From contig OY763415.1 in the NCBI GenBank assembly GCA_963667565.1, positions 640,001 through 704,000 on the forward strand: a stretch of 64,000 nt of DNA, in the 5' to 3' direction. A program made the position numbers and the translations under genes. Of this stretch, positions 43,266 through 52,648 are shown piece after piece. Numbering within the stretch: the stretch's first letter is position 1; each line of letters starts with the position of its first letter. Below the pieces are notes generated by a model. That model had not been told where the DNA came from. It searched no databases and saw nothing but the letters and a program-made list of their open reading frames with translations. The stretch is from Acholeplasmataceae bacterium (GTDB taxonomy: Bacteria; Bacillota_I; Bacilli_A; Acholeplasmatales; Acholeplasmataceae).

Positions 43266-43419
43266 AGAGTCCCTCCCGACTTCAATTAATTAATATATCA
43301 AATTGAGACCCACCCTCTATGGAGTCCTAAAACCAGACACTATATCCCCATTGCTAATTTAATAGTGTTCAGTTTTAGAACTATATCGGTATTATATCTA
43401 ATATTTTGAACTATGTCAA
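43263..43419 (-). promoter_or_regulatory. Consensus sigma70 promoter plus an approximately 120-nt structured 5' leader of cpsB2-cpsC2-cpsD2
   Basis: TTGACA-17-TATAAT at 43391-43419. A 21-bp stem pairs 43382-43362 with 43343-43323. A second stem CATAGAG/CTCTATG includes the start codon. Confidence 0.8.
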
Positions 43420-43463
43420 TATTATTTTTATAAAATATGCTACTTTATTCTCGGAGGCCTAAA

Positions 43464-43742
43464 ATGTGGAACTTAATTTTTAAGAAATTGAGAGAAGAGC
43501 GGGGGCTAACACAGCAAGATTTAGCTGATTACTTAAAGATTTCAAGAACTGGTTATGCGCACTATGAATTAGGAAATAGTCAACCATCGATTGAACAAAT
43601 TATTAAACTGGCTGAATTCTATGAAGTGACTGTAGATTATCTATTAAATGTTAGTAATGTAAATCTCAAAAATGAGAAGGAAATTGAAGATCAGATCAAA
43701 AAGACGATTTCACTTTTAAACGAAGTTCGAAAAAAGCTATGA
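43464..43742 (+). CDS. XRE-family HTH transcriptional regulator
   Basis: LREERGLTQQDLA...YELG..QPS...LAEFYEVTVDYLL; RBS GGAGG; divergent from cpsB2. Confidence 0.9.
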   Translation: MWNLIFKKLREERGLTQQDLADYLKISRTGYAHYELGNSQPSIEQIIKLAEFYEVTVDYLLNVSNVNLKNEKEIEDQIKKTISLLNEVRKKL

Positions 43743-43818
43743 TGATCGACTTAAACTAAGCTTAATCTTGTTGGATTAAGTTTTTTATTACGATTTTTAA
43801 AATGATATGGAGAGGTAA

Positions 43819-44547
43819 GTGATTTATCTTATGAAAATTGAGATCTATGAAAATAAAGAAATCGCATCAAAACATGCCTCAAATCTAATTAAACATCAAA
43901 TCATGACTAAACCAACATCAGTTTTAGGATTAGCTACTGGTGATACACCACTTCTTCTTTATCAATACTTAATCCAGGAATATAAAAAAAAGCTTATATC
44001 ATTTGAAGATATAAGAACCTTTAATCTAGATGAATATTTAAATTTAGAGCCTTCATATAAACAATCATATACATATTATATGTATCATCATTTCTTTAGA
44101 CATATAGATATTAATCCTAAACATATCCACATACCTGCGCATAGTGAAGATCTTGTCTTATATGATCGACTCTTAAAGCAATATGGTCCTATTGATATTC
44201 AAATACTAGGTATAGGTCAAAATGGACATATTGGATTTAATGAACCTTATGATGATATCAATCAAAACACGCATATTGTTACATTATTAGATGATACCAT
44301 CAATGTTAATGCTCGATTTTTTAAATCAAAAGCTCATGTTCCAAAACAAGCTATTACAATGAGTATTTCACAAATTTTAGATGCAGATAAAATAATTTTG
44401 ATGGCTTTTGGATCAACGAAAAGTCAAATCATAAAAACATTACTAAAACTAAAGTTACCTACACCTAAAATACCTGCTTCTTATCTTTTACTTCATAAAG
44501 ATGTTACACTTATCATTGATAAAGAGTTAATGATGAATATGAAATAA
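43819..44547 (+). CDS. nagB: Glucosamine-6-phosphate deaminase
   Basis: GLATGDTP, FNLDEY, GIGQNGHIGFNEP and PAS motifs. Confidence 0.93.
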   Translation: MIYLMKIEIYENKEIASKHASNLIKHQIMTKPTSVLGLATGDTPLLLYQYLIQEYKKKLISFEDIRTFNLDEYLNLEPSYKQSYTYYMYHHFFRHIDINPKHIHIPAHSEDLVLYDRLLKQYGPIDIQILGIGQNGHIGFNEPYDDINQNTHIVTLLDDTINVNARFFKSKAHVPKQAITMSISQILDADKIILMAFGSTKSQIIKTLLKLKLPTPKIPASYLLLHKDVTLIIDKELMMNMK

Positions 44548-44577
44548 AAATGGAACTTCAATATGAAGTTCCATTTT
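44547..44577. terminator. Bidirectional terminator
   Basis: AAAATGGAACTTCA/TGAAGTTCCATTTT perfect stem between convergent genes. Confidence 0.8.
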
Positions 44578-44580
44578 GTT

Positions 44581-44856
44581 TTATTGTTTTGTTTTTTCGT
44601 TTAATTCTTCAAGTACTTCTTTAGTTCTTTTAGTGTTTTTTAAGAACCCAAGTAACAAGATGTTAAACATATACGTGATGAATGTTGTCACAAGACCACC
44701 TAAAAGCGATAACAAGAAATATCCTCCACCGAATCTTGTCCCTTGTAGAGAAACGATAAATGTAGCAAATATCATTACCCAAAAAAGAATCATTGTGTAT
44801 TGTTTAAATACCTCTAACCATTTTGAATCATCTTCATCTGTATACCATTTTTTCAT
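44581..44856 (-). CDS. Small 2-TM hypothetical membrane protein
   Basis: RBS AGGGGG, two hydrophobic helices and a downstream terminator. Confidence 0.65.
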   Translation of the reverse strand: MKKWYTDEDDSKWLEVFKQYTMILFWVMIFATFIVSLQGTRFGGGYFLLSLLGGLVTTFITYMFNILLLGFLKNTKRTKEVLEELNEKTKQ

Positions 44857-44873
44857 GATATTCCCCCTTTTAT

Positions 44874-45779
44874 TTAAGCTTTACTTTTTTCTGTATTTTT
44901 CTTAACTCTTAATTTAATTAATAAATAATCGATGGTTGTTTCTTTATCATAGATAAAGTTTACAAAGATTGCCATCAAATTCACATAGACAAGCACTGGA
45001 ATAAACATCCATAATACTGGCCAAAAGAATGACTCTCCAGTAAAAGGATTCACTGTTAAAAATCTTGGAACTAATACTTTAATAAAATTGCCAATACCTA
45101 CTAATGTATCAAGATTTTTAACACCAAAGATCAGTGATGGATTTCTACCGTCTGGATTAAACATATCCATACCTTGTGGAACAAGTCCAAATAGTGATAA
45201 TACCCATTCATTAACAAAGATCAGTGATAGTGTACCCATTAAAATAAATGGCATATATCCTGCTCTTTTAATTGAAATCTCATGCATCTTGTAATGCAGC
45301 ATAAGGAAAGGTATTAAGAATAAAAGAAAATGTGTTGTATAAAATCTGATGGTTTCAAGTGAAAACGCCGTTTTCACATAAACACCTTCAATAGAAACGG
45401 CATTAAATGTTGATGAGAATGTATCCACTGGATAAAACAATGTTAACATACCAGAAACTAATCCAACTAAAACCATATAGTCTTTAAATATTTTATTTTT
45501 GACAAAATATAGAATTGGAAATGTTAATACACTAACTGCACATATATTTTCAAAAGAGACTTTAACCCATCTGTTTTCTACAAAATAAGGATCTGTGTAT
45601 GGATAAATAAGCACCTTTAAAAAATGAATGGCAAAATTGGCCATAATGAGACCAAAAATAAACCAAAATCTAAATTTATTTGACTTATATTTTAAGAGTC
45701 TAACACTAATTAATGTCAAACTGAGTGCGATTAGTAAATATAAAAAATAATACATGTTAAACATTTCAACAACTGCCAT
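44874..45779 (-). CDS. Integral membrane protein, YwaF-like
   Basis: Multi-TM; ENIC and FYTTH motifs at the positions of the YwaF Cys/His. Confidence 0.5.
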   Translation of the reverse strand: MAVVEMFNMYYFLYLLIALSLTLISVRLLKYKSNKFRFWFIFGLIMANFAIHFLKVLIYPYTDPYFVENRWVKVSFENICAVSVLTFPILYFVKNKIFKDYMVLVGLVSGMLTLFYPVDTFSSTFNAVSIEGVYVKTAFSLETIRFYTTHFLLFLIPFLMLHYKMHEISIKRAGYMPFILMGTLSLIFVNEWVLSLFGLVPQGMDMFNPDGRNPSLIFGVKNLDTLVGIGNFIKVLVPRFLTVNPFTGESFFWPVLWMFIPVLVYVNLMAIFVNFIYDKETTIDYLLIKLRVKKNTEKSKA

Positions 45780-45865
45780 TGTCTCACCCCACTTTACTAG
45801 ATTATATCATATGATATAAATTGTAAAGAACAATTTGATGTTATTTTAGATATGAAAAGGTTTTG

Positions 45866-47038
45866 CTATTTTTCTTTTATATGAAAATCGGTTAGCTGAT
45901 TTTCTTCTCTTTTGTGATGTGACATCAGTTGTCTTAGTTTATGCATGGTCATTGAAGTTTTAAGAAATATGAGCTTAAACCAGCGATATATCCAATAAAA
46001 TGGCAACAAAACAGGGACATATTTAATGACCTTAAATCGAGCAGCAATCATCTTATATGATGGAAACATGGTTTTGATTAAATATGTTAATTTATCACTT
46101 ATTGTTTCTATCTTTTGATTCTTCAAAATGATTTGATATGCATCATTTGATGTACCTTTACCATGAACACCAGTTTTTAACATAACTTTAATAATTTTTT
46201 CATAATCATCACTATTAAATTGATTAAAATCAAAATGTTCAATCTTAATATCATCATGTAAATAATAATTATGAAGACTTATAATCAATTCAAAAAAGGA
46301 TTTTAGTTTTGTTTTATTTAATAAAGTGTTTAAATAAGCTGGATTGAGATCATGATGTTTTGTAAACAAATAGATATCAAGAATACTTCTAAGTCCTATC
46401 CCACCATTTTCAATATGTTTGACTAAATGATAGAGTAAATAATTTAATTCATATTCTGGATTAAATGTTTTCTCATATTTGCTTTCAATCTTTATGTGGA
46501 AAAAAGGATCTAAAAACATTGAATCATAGTCTTGATCAAAATCATGTTGAATAAATGGATGTAGTTCAATGTGTTCTTTTTCTTTACTTAAATAGGTATT
46601 ATGGTAATAATATCTAGATATAAGTTGATATCCATTGATTTTTAGTATTTTATTAACTTTCTTATAAACACGTTCTTCAACTAATAAATCAATATCTGTC
46701 ATGCCACGCATATATGTTTTTGGATATATATTTTTGATGTGTGATCCTTTTAGTAAGATATAATTGATAGCTTCTTTATTTAATAAAGCTTTTAATTCTA
46801 TTAAAGTGATTTGTTGACTCAAATCTCTTGAAATATAATGATAATAGGTTTGTCTTAAGAGTTTTTGATAATAAGCATCAATTGATGATAATTCGAGAGA
46901 CTCAAAAACAAGACCACATAAACCATTTTCAATCATAGCTTTAGTAAATGATCTTTGATCTTTAATTTCTTTTGAAAATTTTAAGTCATGAAGTGATGCA
47001 TAAACTGCATCATAAATGTTAGTGATTAACTCTTTCAT
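45866..47038 (-). CDS. Nucleotidyltransferase family protein (NTP_transf_5-type, as in lasso/RRE clusters)
   Basis: LLKG, YP..YMRGMTDIDLLV, IELH and H..KH..GGIGLRSILD motifs. Confidence 0.85.
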   Translation of the reverse strand: MKELITNIYDAVYASLHDLKFSKEIKDQRSFTKAMIENGLCGLVFESLELSSIDAYYQKLLRQTYYHYISRDLSQQITLIELKALLNKEAINYILLKGSHIKNIYPKTYMRGMTDIDLLVEERVYKKVNKILKINGYQLISRYYYHNTYLSKEKEHIELHPFIQHDFDQDYDSMFLDPFFHIKIESKYEKTFNPEYELNYLLYHLVKHIENGGIGLRSILDIYLFTKHHDLNPAYLNTLLNKTKLKSFFELIISLHNYYLHDDIKIEHFDFNQFNSDDYEKIIKVMLKTGVHGKGTSNDAYQIILKNQKIETISDKLTYLIKTMFPSYKMIAARFKVIKYVPVLLPFYWIYRWFKLIFLKTSMTMHKLRQLMSHHKREENQLTDFHIKEK

Positions 47039-47058
47039 ATAAAACCTCAACATATGAT

Positions 47059-47082
47059 AAAGGGATTCAAACGAATCCCTTT
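47059..47082 (-). terminator. Hairpin after the endonuclease ORF
   Basis: AAAGGGATTC/GAATCCCTTT stem with a short U-tail. Confidence 0.55.
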
Positions 47083-47086
47083 AATG

Positions 47087-47991
47087 TTAAACTTCATAAA
47101 TCATTTGATAGAAATCAGGATAATCAATGAAAGGATTTCTATTATATTGAATACCAAAGATGGTTTCATTTCTATTTCTTTCAAAGTCATCTATTGTATC
47201 TAGTGTTAACCATGATGTAATGGTTGATAAATCACCCATTTCATGAACAACTGGTTCTACACTATCTGTTTCTATTAATGTTAAATAATCATACATGACA
47301 ACCATGTAAAATAAGATACGTGCAATATCGCCTTTAACAGCATCTCTAGGTGCATATGAAACAGTTGTTGTTGTATTAGCAAACCACTTATTACCTCTAG
47401 ATGAATTGACACTAGGATTTGCAGGTTTTAAATTATGTAGATCTGATGCGATATTGATACCACCAGCATCTTCTCCAAGTAGAGATTGTGGCCAGATGTG
47501 TTCTCTATTCCAAGTAGTTCCTCCATCCCATACACCAGAAACTGAATCACCTGTATAAAGTAAGATAACATTACTTGAATTATTTGGATCTCTATCTGTA
47601 TCATCTAAATCGTATCTTGCATCATCATATGAAACACCTGAAAACCCAGTATTAACTATAGTTCTAAGAGATAATAATAAATCATTTCCATAAAGACCTA
47701 CAGCATCGTCATAATAAGGTTCTAAGACTAAGATAGTAATATCAATTGTTTCACTATCTCCAGTATCTGATTGTGCATAATATGATTGATGGTAAGTACC
47801 TGGTGTAGATGTGTCTACACTTCCTGTTGTTTCGTAGAATGCTACTGTATCAAAAGATGAGTAAATATAATAACCAGAATCGTCTATCGTAGCCCCTACA
47901 GAAACTGAATAAACAGGAAGAGCTGCATTATATGCAGGATCTTCACCATTACCAGTGCCTGGATCTCCTGTAGAGGTCCCTACTCCCCCGG
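47087..47991 (-). CDS. C-terminal part of the surface nuclease: G/T linker, Ig-like domain and Endonuclease I (Bsn/YurI-type) domain; reached only by a -1 frameshift
   Basis: WNREHIWPQS, SDLHNLKP...NSSRGNK, KGDIAR and NRNPFIDYP motifs; no own RBS or signal peptide. Confidence 0.85.
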
Positions 47992-50856
47992 GTTGTATGT
48001 GTGAATACCTAAATAAGTATATGTATCTTTTGCAAATGCAGTCCATTCAGCTAAAGTGAAAACTGAATTACCACTCGTAATATTATTATTTCTTACCCAC
48101 GTTACGTCAGCAGCAAATGAAGTGGTTTGTGGAATCAATCCAATGATATCAATAAGAACACTATTCTTATTTAGTACTATAACATCATCACCATTAAAGT
48201 TTATCACTGTTGAGTTTTTTAAATCACCTACTGATACAATTGCTGGTGTTGTTGAATTATAGATTACATATACTTCATTATTAGCTAATAAACCACTCAA
48301 AGGTACAGTAGCACTAACTGTTGATGACCCGTTAGAATATAAATCTAAAGAGTAGTTAGCTAAATCAATAGTAGCACCAGTACCATTATAAATTTCAATT
48401 GCTTTATTAGTGCCACCACCTTCAATATATTCAGAAATGAATAAATCAGAAGCATTTTGTTGCCATTTTAAGTATATTGAAACATTTGAATTGATTGCTT
48501 CAGTAGCAAAATCAAAAGGTGTTGTAAAAGCTGCATCAACGTAATAACCATCTAACCAATGTCCACTATACGTAGGTGAAGTAGGTTCAAGAGCATAATT
48601 GCCTTCAGCAACTGTTTGATTACTGATTGCATCACCATTAGTTACAAAACTTACAGTATATTCAGTACCTGATGAAACTGTCCAATAAGCATATAAGGTA
48701 ACATCACCAGTTTGATTAGTAATTAATGTGACTTCTTCTCCACTAACTGCTGCATCATACCATCCGGCAAAAACATATCCATCTTTAGATGCAGCTAATA
48801 AATTAACTTCATCTTCAATTGTATATGTTGCAGGATTTAATTCATGATTTAAACCACCATCTAAATTATAAGTGATGGAATATTCAATTGGTGACCATCC
48901 AGCATATATAGTTATATCTGAACCAGGAATAGTATCAAATGTATATAATGTTGTTAATTCAGAGTCACTATACCATCCAGTAAAATTATAACCAGTTTTT
49001 GTAGGTTCTTCAAAGAAACCAGAGATATCAGTACCATAATCATCTGTGATACTTGCTACTGCGCTACCACCATTAGAATCAAAAGAAACTGTGAATTGTC
49101 CAATTGACCAACTTGCAAATACATAAGAGTCAACATCTATATATGTATTCTCAAAATCGAATAAAGTTGTATAGGATTGGTCTGTATACCAACCATTAAA
49201 AGTATAGCCTTCTCTTGTAGGATCATCAATTTGACTTACTAATTCACCAGGAATAATTAAATCATAATCAGTAGTAGCATCATCGACATATGCGAGTCTT
49301 AATACATTTGAATAAGTATAATCAGCACCTACCACTAAATCATCTAAATTTACTCTTCTTCCTGAATCATTTGGATTCAATATTTGAACATAAAGATTAC
49401 TATTAGATAATCCACTATTAATAAAGTTGGTGGAAATTGATAAATCTATTACGTATTCTAGATACTCACTTGTTGCTAAAATACCACCAGGTATTGAATC
49501 TGATACATCAATCCAATTAACTGCATCTTCAGAGACATAAACAAATAATTGATTGTCTCCATCAGCACCATACATTTTTGCAGAAAAACTTATAAAATTA
49601 ATGGTATCAAAATAAGTTTGTGATTGAATAAAACCCGGATCATCATCTATTCTTAAAGCTTGAGATCCAGTGAGTGCTTCTCCAGCAAGATTACCAATAA
49701 CAGCTTCATTAAGATTCCAAGAGACTCCATCAATATCAATAACTGCAGCAGCATAACTTCCTTTTGTACTATTTTCAAAACTTGTCATATAACCAGCAGC
49801 TGATGCTTGATAACGATTAGTTATTTCACTATACATCACATGAACACTACTACCGTCATCATAAAACATATAAGCACTAATCGCATTTAAGAATCCTAAA
49901 CTAAAACTCATCAAATATTCATTAGATGCAGGATTGAATTGATTGCTTTGTGCTTGAACAACACCATCATTACCAATCGCTAAATCAGCAGTGTTATCAT
50001 TTGAATATATAAATCCCCATTCAACTAATTCATAACCTTCAGGTAAATAAAATTGAGCCATAAATGATTGATATCCAGCTCTAATACCTAAATCATTACT
50101 CATGACGAGCATTGGTCCACTTTCATATCCATTTTCATATACTTTTGTTAAATTCATATCTTCTAGCATTGTAAATGTATATGATAAATCACTTGATACA
50201 GCGTATCCATTAAGTGACCAGAATGCAAAAGGAACGCCTTCAACTGAAGCGTCTGCAGTGACTGTAACTAATTCGTTATATGGATATGCACTGTATAACA
50301 CATTATCAATATAAAGGTCATATGTATCTGATGAACTACTTTGATATTGTAATGTATAAATTCTATTTTCTAATACGTTATCAAACGTTATCAAACCTTG
50401 ATCAGAAACCCAAGCATCCGCTTTAATTTCTAAACCTGGCTTATTAGGTAACGCATTTGTTGGTGGTACTGCTGTACCACCTGATACGACATATTGTCGA
50501 TCAATGATTTGTCCGTTTGTATCAATAAAAAGCACACCATATTCTCCAACTGGAGCATATAAACCAATAATATTCATATTAGAAGTGACTTTAATCGATG
50601 CATTTTCTGGTAGATCAGGTCTAACAACACCATTAACAACCCAAACAGCAAAATTATAACTTGGATTGACAGCAGGTTGAAAATCAACATAACTACCATA
50701 AACTTTGTCAGCTAATACTGAGCTTGATGAATTTTCACTATCATATTGATAAGTAATATTAACATCGACTGCAGAAAACTCAGCTGCCTTAATATGTTGT
50801 AAAAACAGTGGTGTAATTAAAGCAAATAAAATGAAAATCCCCATAATTTTCTTCAC
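47980..50856 (-). CDS. Large secreted protein: signal peptide, InlB B-like repeats and lamin-tail domain (N-terminal part of the nuclease)
   Basis: Signal peptide ending ...IKA-AE, repeated GY.F.GWY units, and LFISEYIEG..NKAIEIYNGTG (LTD). Confidence 0.85.
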   Translation of the reverse strand: MKKIMGIFILFALITPLFLQHIKAAEFSAVDVNITYQYDSENSSSSVLADKVYGSYVDFQPAVNPSYNFAVWVVNGVVRPDLPENASIKVTSNMNIIGLYAPVGEYGVLFIDTNGQIIDRQYVVSGGTAVPPTNALPNKPGLEIKADAWVSDQGLITFDNVLENRIYTLQYQSSSSDTYDLYIDNVLYSAYPYNELVTVTADASVEGVPFAFWSLNGYAVSSDLSYTFTMLEDMNLTKVYENGYESGPMLVMSNDLGIRAGYQSFMAQFYLPEGYELVEWGFIYSNDNTADLAIGNDGVVQAQSNQFNPASNEYLMSFSLGFLNAISAYMFYDDGSSVHVMYSEITNRYQASAAGYMTSFENSTKGSYAAAVIDIDGVSWNLNEAVIGNLAGEALTGSQALRIDDDPGFIQSQTYFDTINFISFSAKMYGADGDNQLFVYVSEDAVNWIDVSDSIPGGILATSEYLEYVIDLSISTNFINSGLSNSNLYVQILNPNDSGRRVNLDDLVVGADYTYSNVLRLAYVDDATTDYDLIIPGELVSQIDDPTREGYTFNGWYTDQSYTTLFDFENTYIDVDSYVFASWSIGQFTVSFDSNGGSAVASITDDYGTDISGFFEEPTKTGYNFTGWYSDSELTTLYTFDTIPGSDITIYAGWSPIEYSITYNLDGGLNHELNPATYTIEDEVNLLAASKDGYVFAGWYDAAVSGEEVTLITNQTGDVTLYAYWTVSSGTEYTVSFVTNGDAISNQTVAEGNYALEPTSPTYSGHWLDGYYVDAAFTTPFDFATEAINSNVSIYLKWQQNASDLFISEYIEGGGTNKAIEIYNGTGATIDLANYSLDLYSNGSSTVSATVPLSGLLANNEVYVIYNSTTPAIVSVGDLKNSTVINFNGDDVIVLNKNSVLIDIIGLIPQTTSFAADVTWVRNNNITSGNSVFTLAEWTAFAKDTYTYLGIHTYNPGE

Positions 50857-50862
50857 TATTAA

Positions 50863-50985
50863 TTACCCCCAAATATCTTCAAAAAACACTGAACCGCTTG
50901 ACGATTCCCCTGAAATGCTGTCCTCAATTTCGAATTCAACGAATTCAATCTCAGGACACATGTACTCCTTTTTTTCTTCACCCAT
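50863..50985 (-). CDS. Unannotated 40-aa RiPP-like precursor peptide MGEEKKEYMCPEIEFVEFEIEDSISGESSSGSVFFEDIWG
   Basis: GAGGAGGA RBS 7 nt before ATG, extended -10 TGTTATAAT at 51021-51029, YxxP leader motif, and neighbouring PqqD/peptidase/kinase genes. Confidence 0.85.
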   Translation of the reverse strand: MGEEKKEYMCPEIEFVEFEIEDSISGESSSGSVFFEDIWG

Positions 50986-51086
50986 TGCAAAATCCTCCTC
51001 TATTTTGTAATACAATTTTAATTATAACACCCTTTTTTTTAAGTTTTATAAATTTTTTGTAAATTATAATCAATCTATTTTACTTT

Positions 51087-51944
51087 TTATCTAATTTTAA
51101 TGAATATTGAAATAAAATAGTTGTTTGACTCATCATCTGTAAATGTTGCTAGTATGATTAAGTAATCTGTTGATGGATGATTTGTTTTAAATGTTTCAAT
51201 AAATGCTTGATTTACAGATAGTGTGTTTTGTTGATATCTGTAATCATTTGATGTAAGATCAGTTGCTGAAAATGATACAGTATGATAAGCAGATTCATAG
51301 ACATCTGCAAAAACATCATCATTTTGATATAAGATAAGGTCGCTATTTACAACAAATGGTGTTTCACCTTCAATGAGGTTAAATCTTAAATCAAAATAAC
51401 CTGTTGTTGTATCAACTCTAAATTCAACTTGATCCTCAAAAGTATGAATAAATACCTTTTGAGCAATTGAGAGTTGATTATTTTCATAATGATACTCATC
51501 ATCAGATAAGATGATTTGATGTAAATCCATTGAAATCTCTATAATATTTAGATTAATGACAGTAACTACTGCATCTTCATTATTAAATGTATACGTGTAA
51601 GTTGCATCTAAATCAAGGTGCTTTTCCATCGTATATGAAATCACATTTGAAGGATATGATTCACCTTTAACAATGAATTGAACTGAGATATCATAAACAC
51701 CAAGATGGACTAAATCTAGAAGACTTAAATCAACAGAATTATCAATAATATTTTGTTCATAGACTTGGTCAATGTATAAATAATACTGTCTTTCTTCATC
51801 ATAATTATCAATGATAAGTCTATTCGTATCTATACTTATCACAGGTACTTCGATTTGATCTATGACAGTTTCTTCTTCTTTACATGAGACAAGTAATCCA
51901 GTTAATAAAATTAAAACACTAAAAAATATTACCTTTTTTTTCAT
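51087..51944 (-). CDS. Lipoprotein of unknown function (acidic, beta-rich)
   Basis: Lipobox LLVSC; last gene of the kinase-PqqD-peptidase operon. Confidence 0.75.
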   Translation of the reverse strand: MKKKVIFFSVLILLTGLLVSCKEEETVIDQIEVPVISIDTNRLIIDNYDEERQYYLYIDQVYEQNIIDNSVDLSLLDLVHLGVYDISVQFIVKGESYPSNVISYTMEKHLDLDATYTYTFNNEDAVVTVINLNIIEISMDLHQIILSDDEYHYENNQLSIAQKVFIHTFEDQVEFRVDTTTGYFDLRFNLIEGETPFVVNSDLILYQNDDVFADVYESAYHTVSFSATDLTSNDYRYQQNTLSVNQAFIETFKTNHPSTDYLIILATFTDDESNNYFISIFIKIR

Positions 51945-51959
51945 TTGTTTCCCTCCAAT

Positions 51960-52385
51960 TTATAAAAGTGAATGTAATTGATTCACTTTTTTCTTATATG
52001 TTGATAATAATAAAAACATGCGAACTTTTAGTAAATACCACCAAGATCTTTCTTGAATGGTTTTTTGTTTATGACTATGATTGATGACTTTAGCGATGAT
52101 CTCATCTATTTTGACATACTCATAATTCGTATTATGGTCACCTTTAATCCAAACATAGTCTTTAATCTTTATGATTCGATGAAGATAATACTTTCCATCA
52201 AAGATAAATAAAACGACGTCATATATTTTTAAATCGATTGGTTTAGATAAAGTAACCATGGTTTCTCTATCTTTATAAAAGGGGTACATGCTATTGCCTG
52301 ATACAGTTAATTGAACTTCTAAACCTTCATCAATGAGCTCTTTTACGGTTGGCATTAAATCCTTTGAGTGGATGACTTTTTTCAT
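51960..52385 (-). CDS. S24/S26-family peptidase (signal-peptidase-like, Ser/His)
   Basis: VSGNSMYP, LHRI and KGDHN motifs. Confidence 0.85.
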   Translation of the reverse strand: MKKVIHSKDLMPTVKELIDEGLEVQLTVSGNSMYPFYKDRETMVTLSKPIDLKIYDVVLFIFDGKYYLHRIIKIKDYVWIKGDHNTNYEYVKIDEIIAKVINHSHKQKTIQERSWWYLLKVRMFLLLSTYKKKVNQLHSLL

Positions 52386-52648
52386 TCGATGATCAACTTT
52401 TTCTCTCTAAGTTTAGATATAAAAGATGTCACATCAGCATTAATCACATCAAGTGGTGCACAATAAAGCCCATAAAGTAGAGATATGAGTTCATCTTTAG
52501 TCACATCTTTTTGCATCGCTTCAAATAAGATCTTGCCTGTTTCATTTAATGTCATAATACCATTAAAATTAATCATAGCTTCTCCTATTGGAACAACTAT
52601 GTCATGATCTTTTAATTGTTTAATCCTATATCCTTCTTTAATTCTCAT
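52382..52648 (-). CDS. PqqD-family RiPP recognition element (RRE)
   Basis: 88 aa from ATG 52648 (RBS GGAGGG): IVVP...TLNETG..LFE...L..LL..Y...DV..FI..L....LI. Confidence 0.9.
   Translation of the reverse strand: MRIKEGYRIKQLKDHDIVVPIGEAMINFNGIMTLNETGKILFEAMQKDVTKDELISLLYGLYCAPLDVINADVTSFISKLREKKLIIE

Noticed and set aside
44576..44905. 109-aa plus-strand ORF
   Set aside because: It is antisense to the 91-aa membrane protein that has an RBS, and it starts inside a terminator.
52382..52648. PQQ biosynthesis
   Set aside because: No pqqB/C/E genes are present and the peptide has no ExxxY core; PqqD here is a generic RRE.
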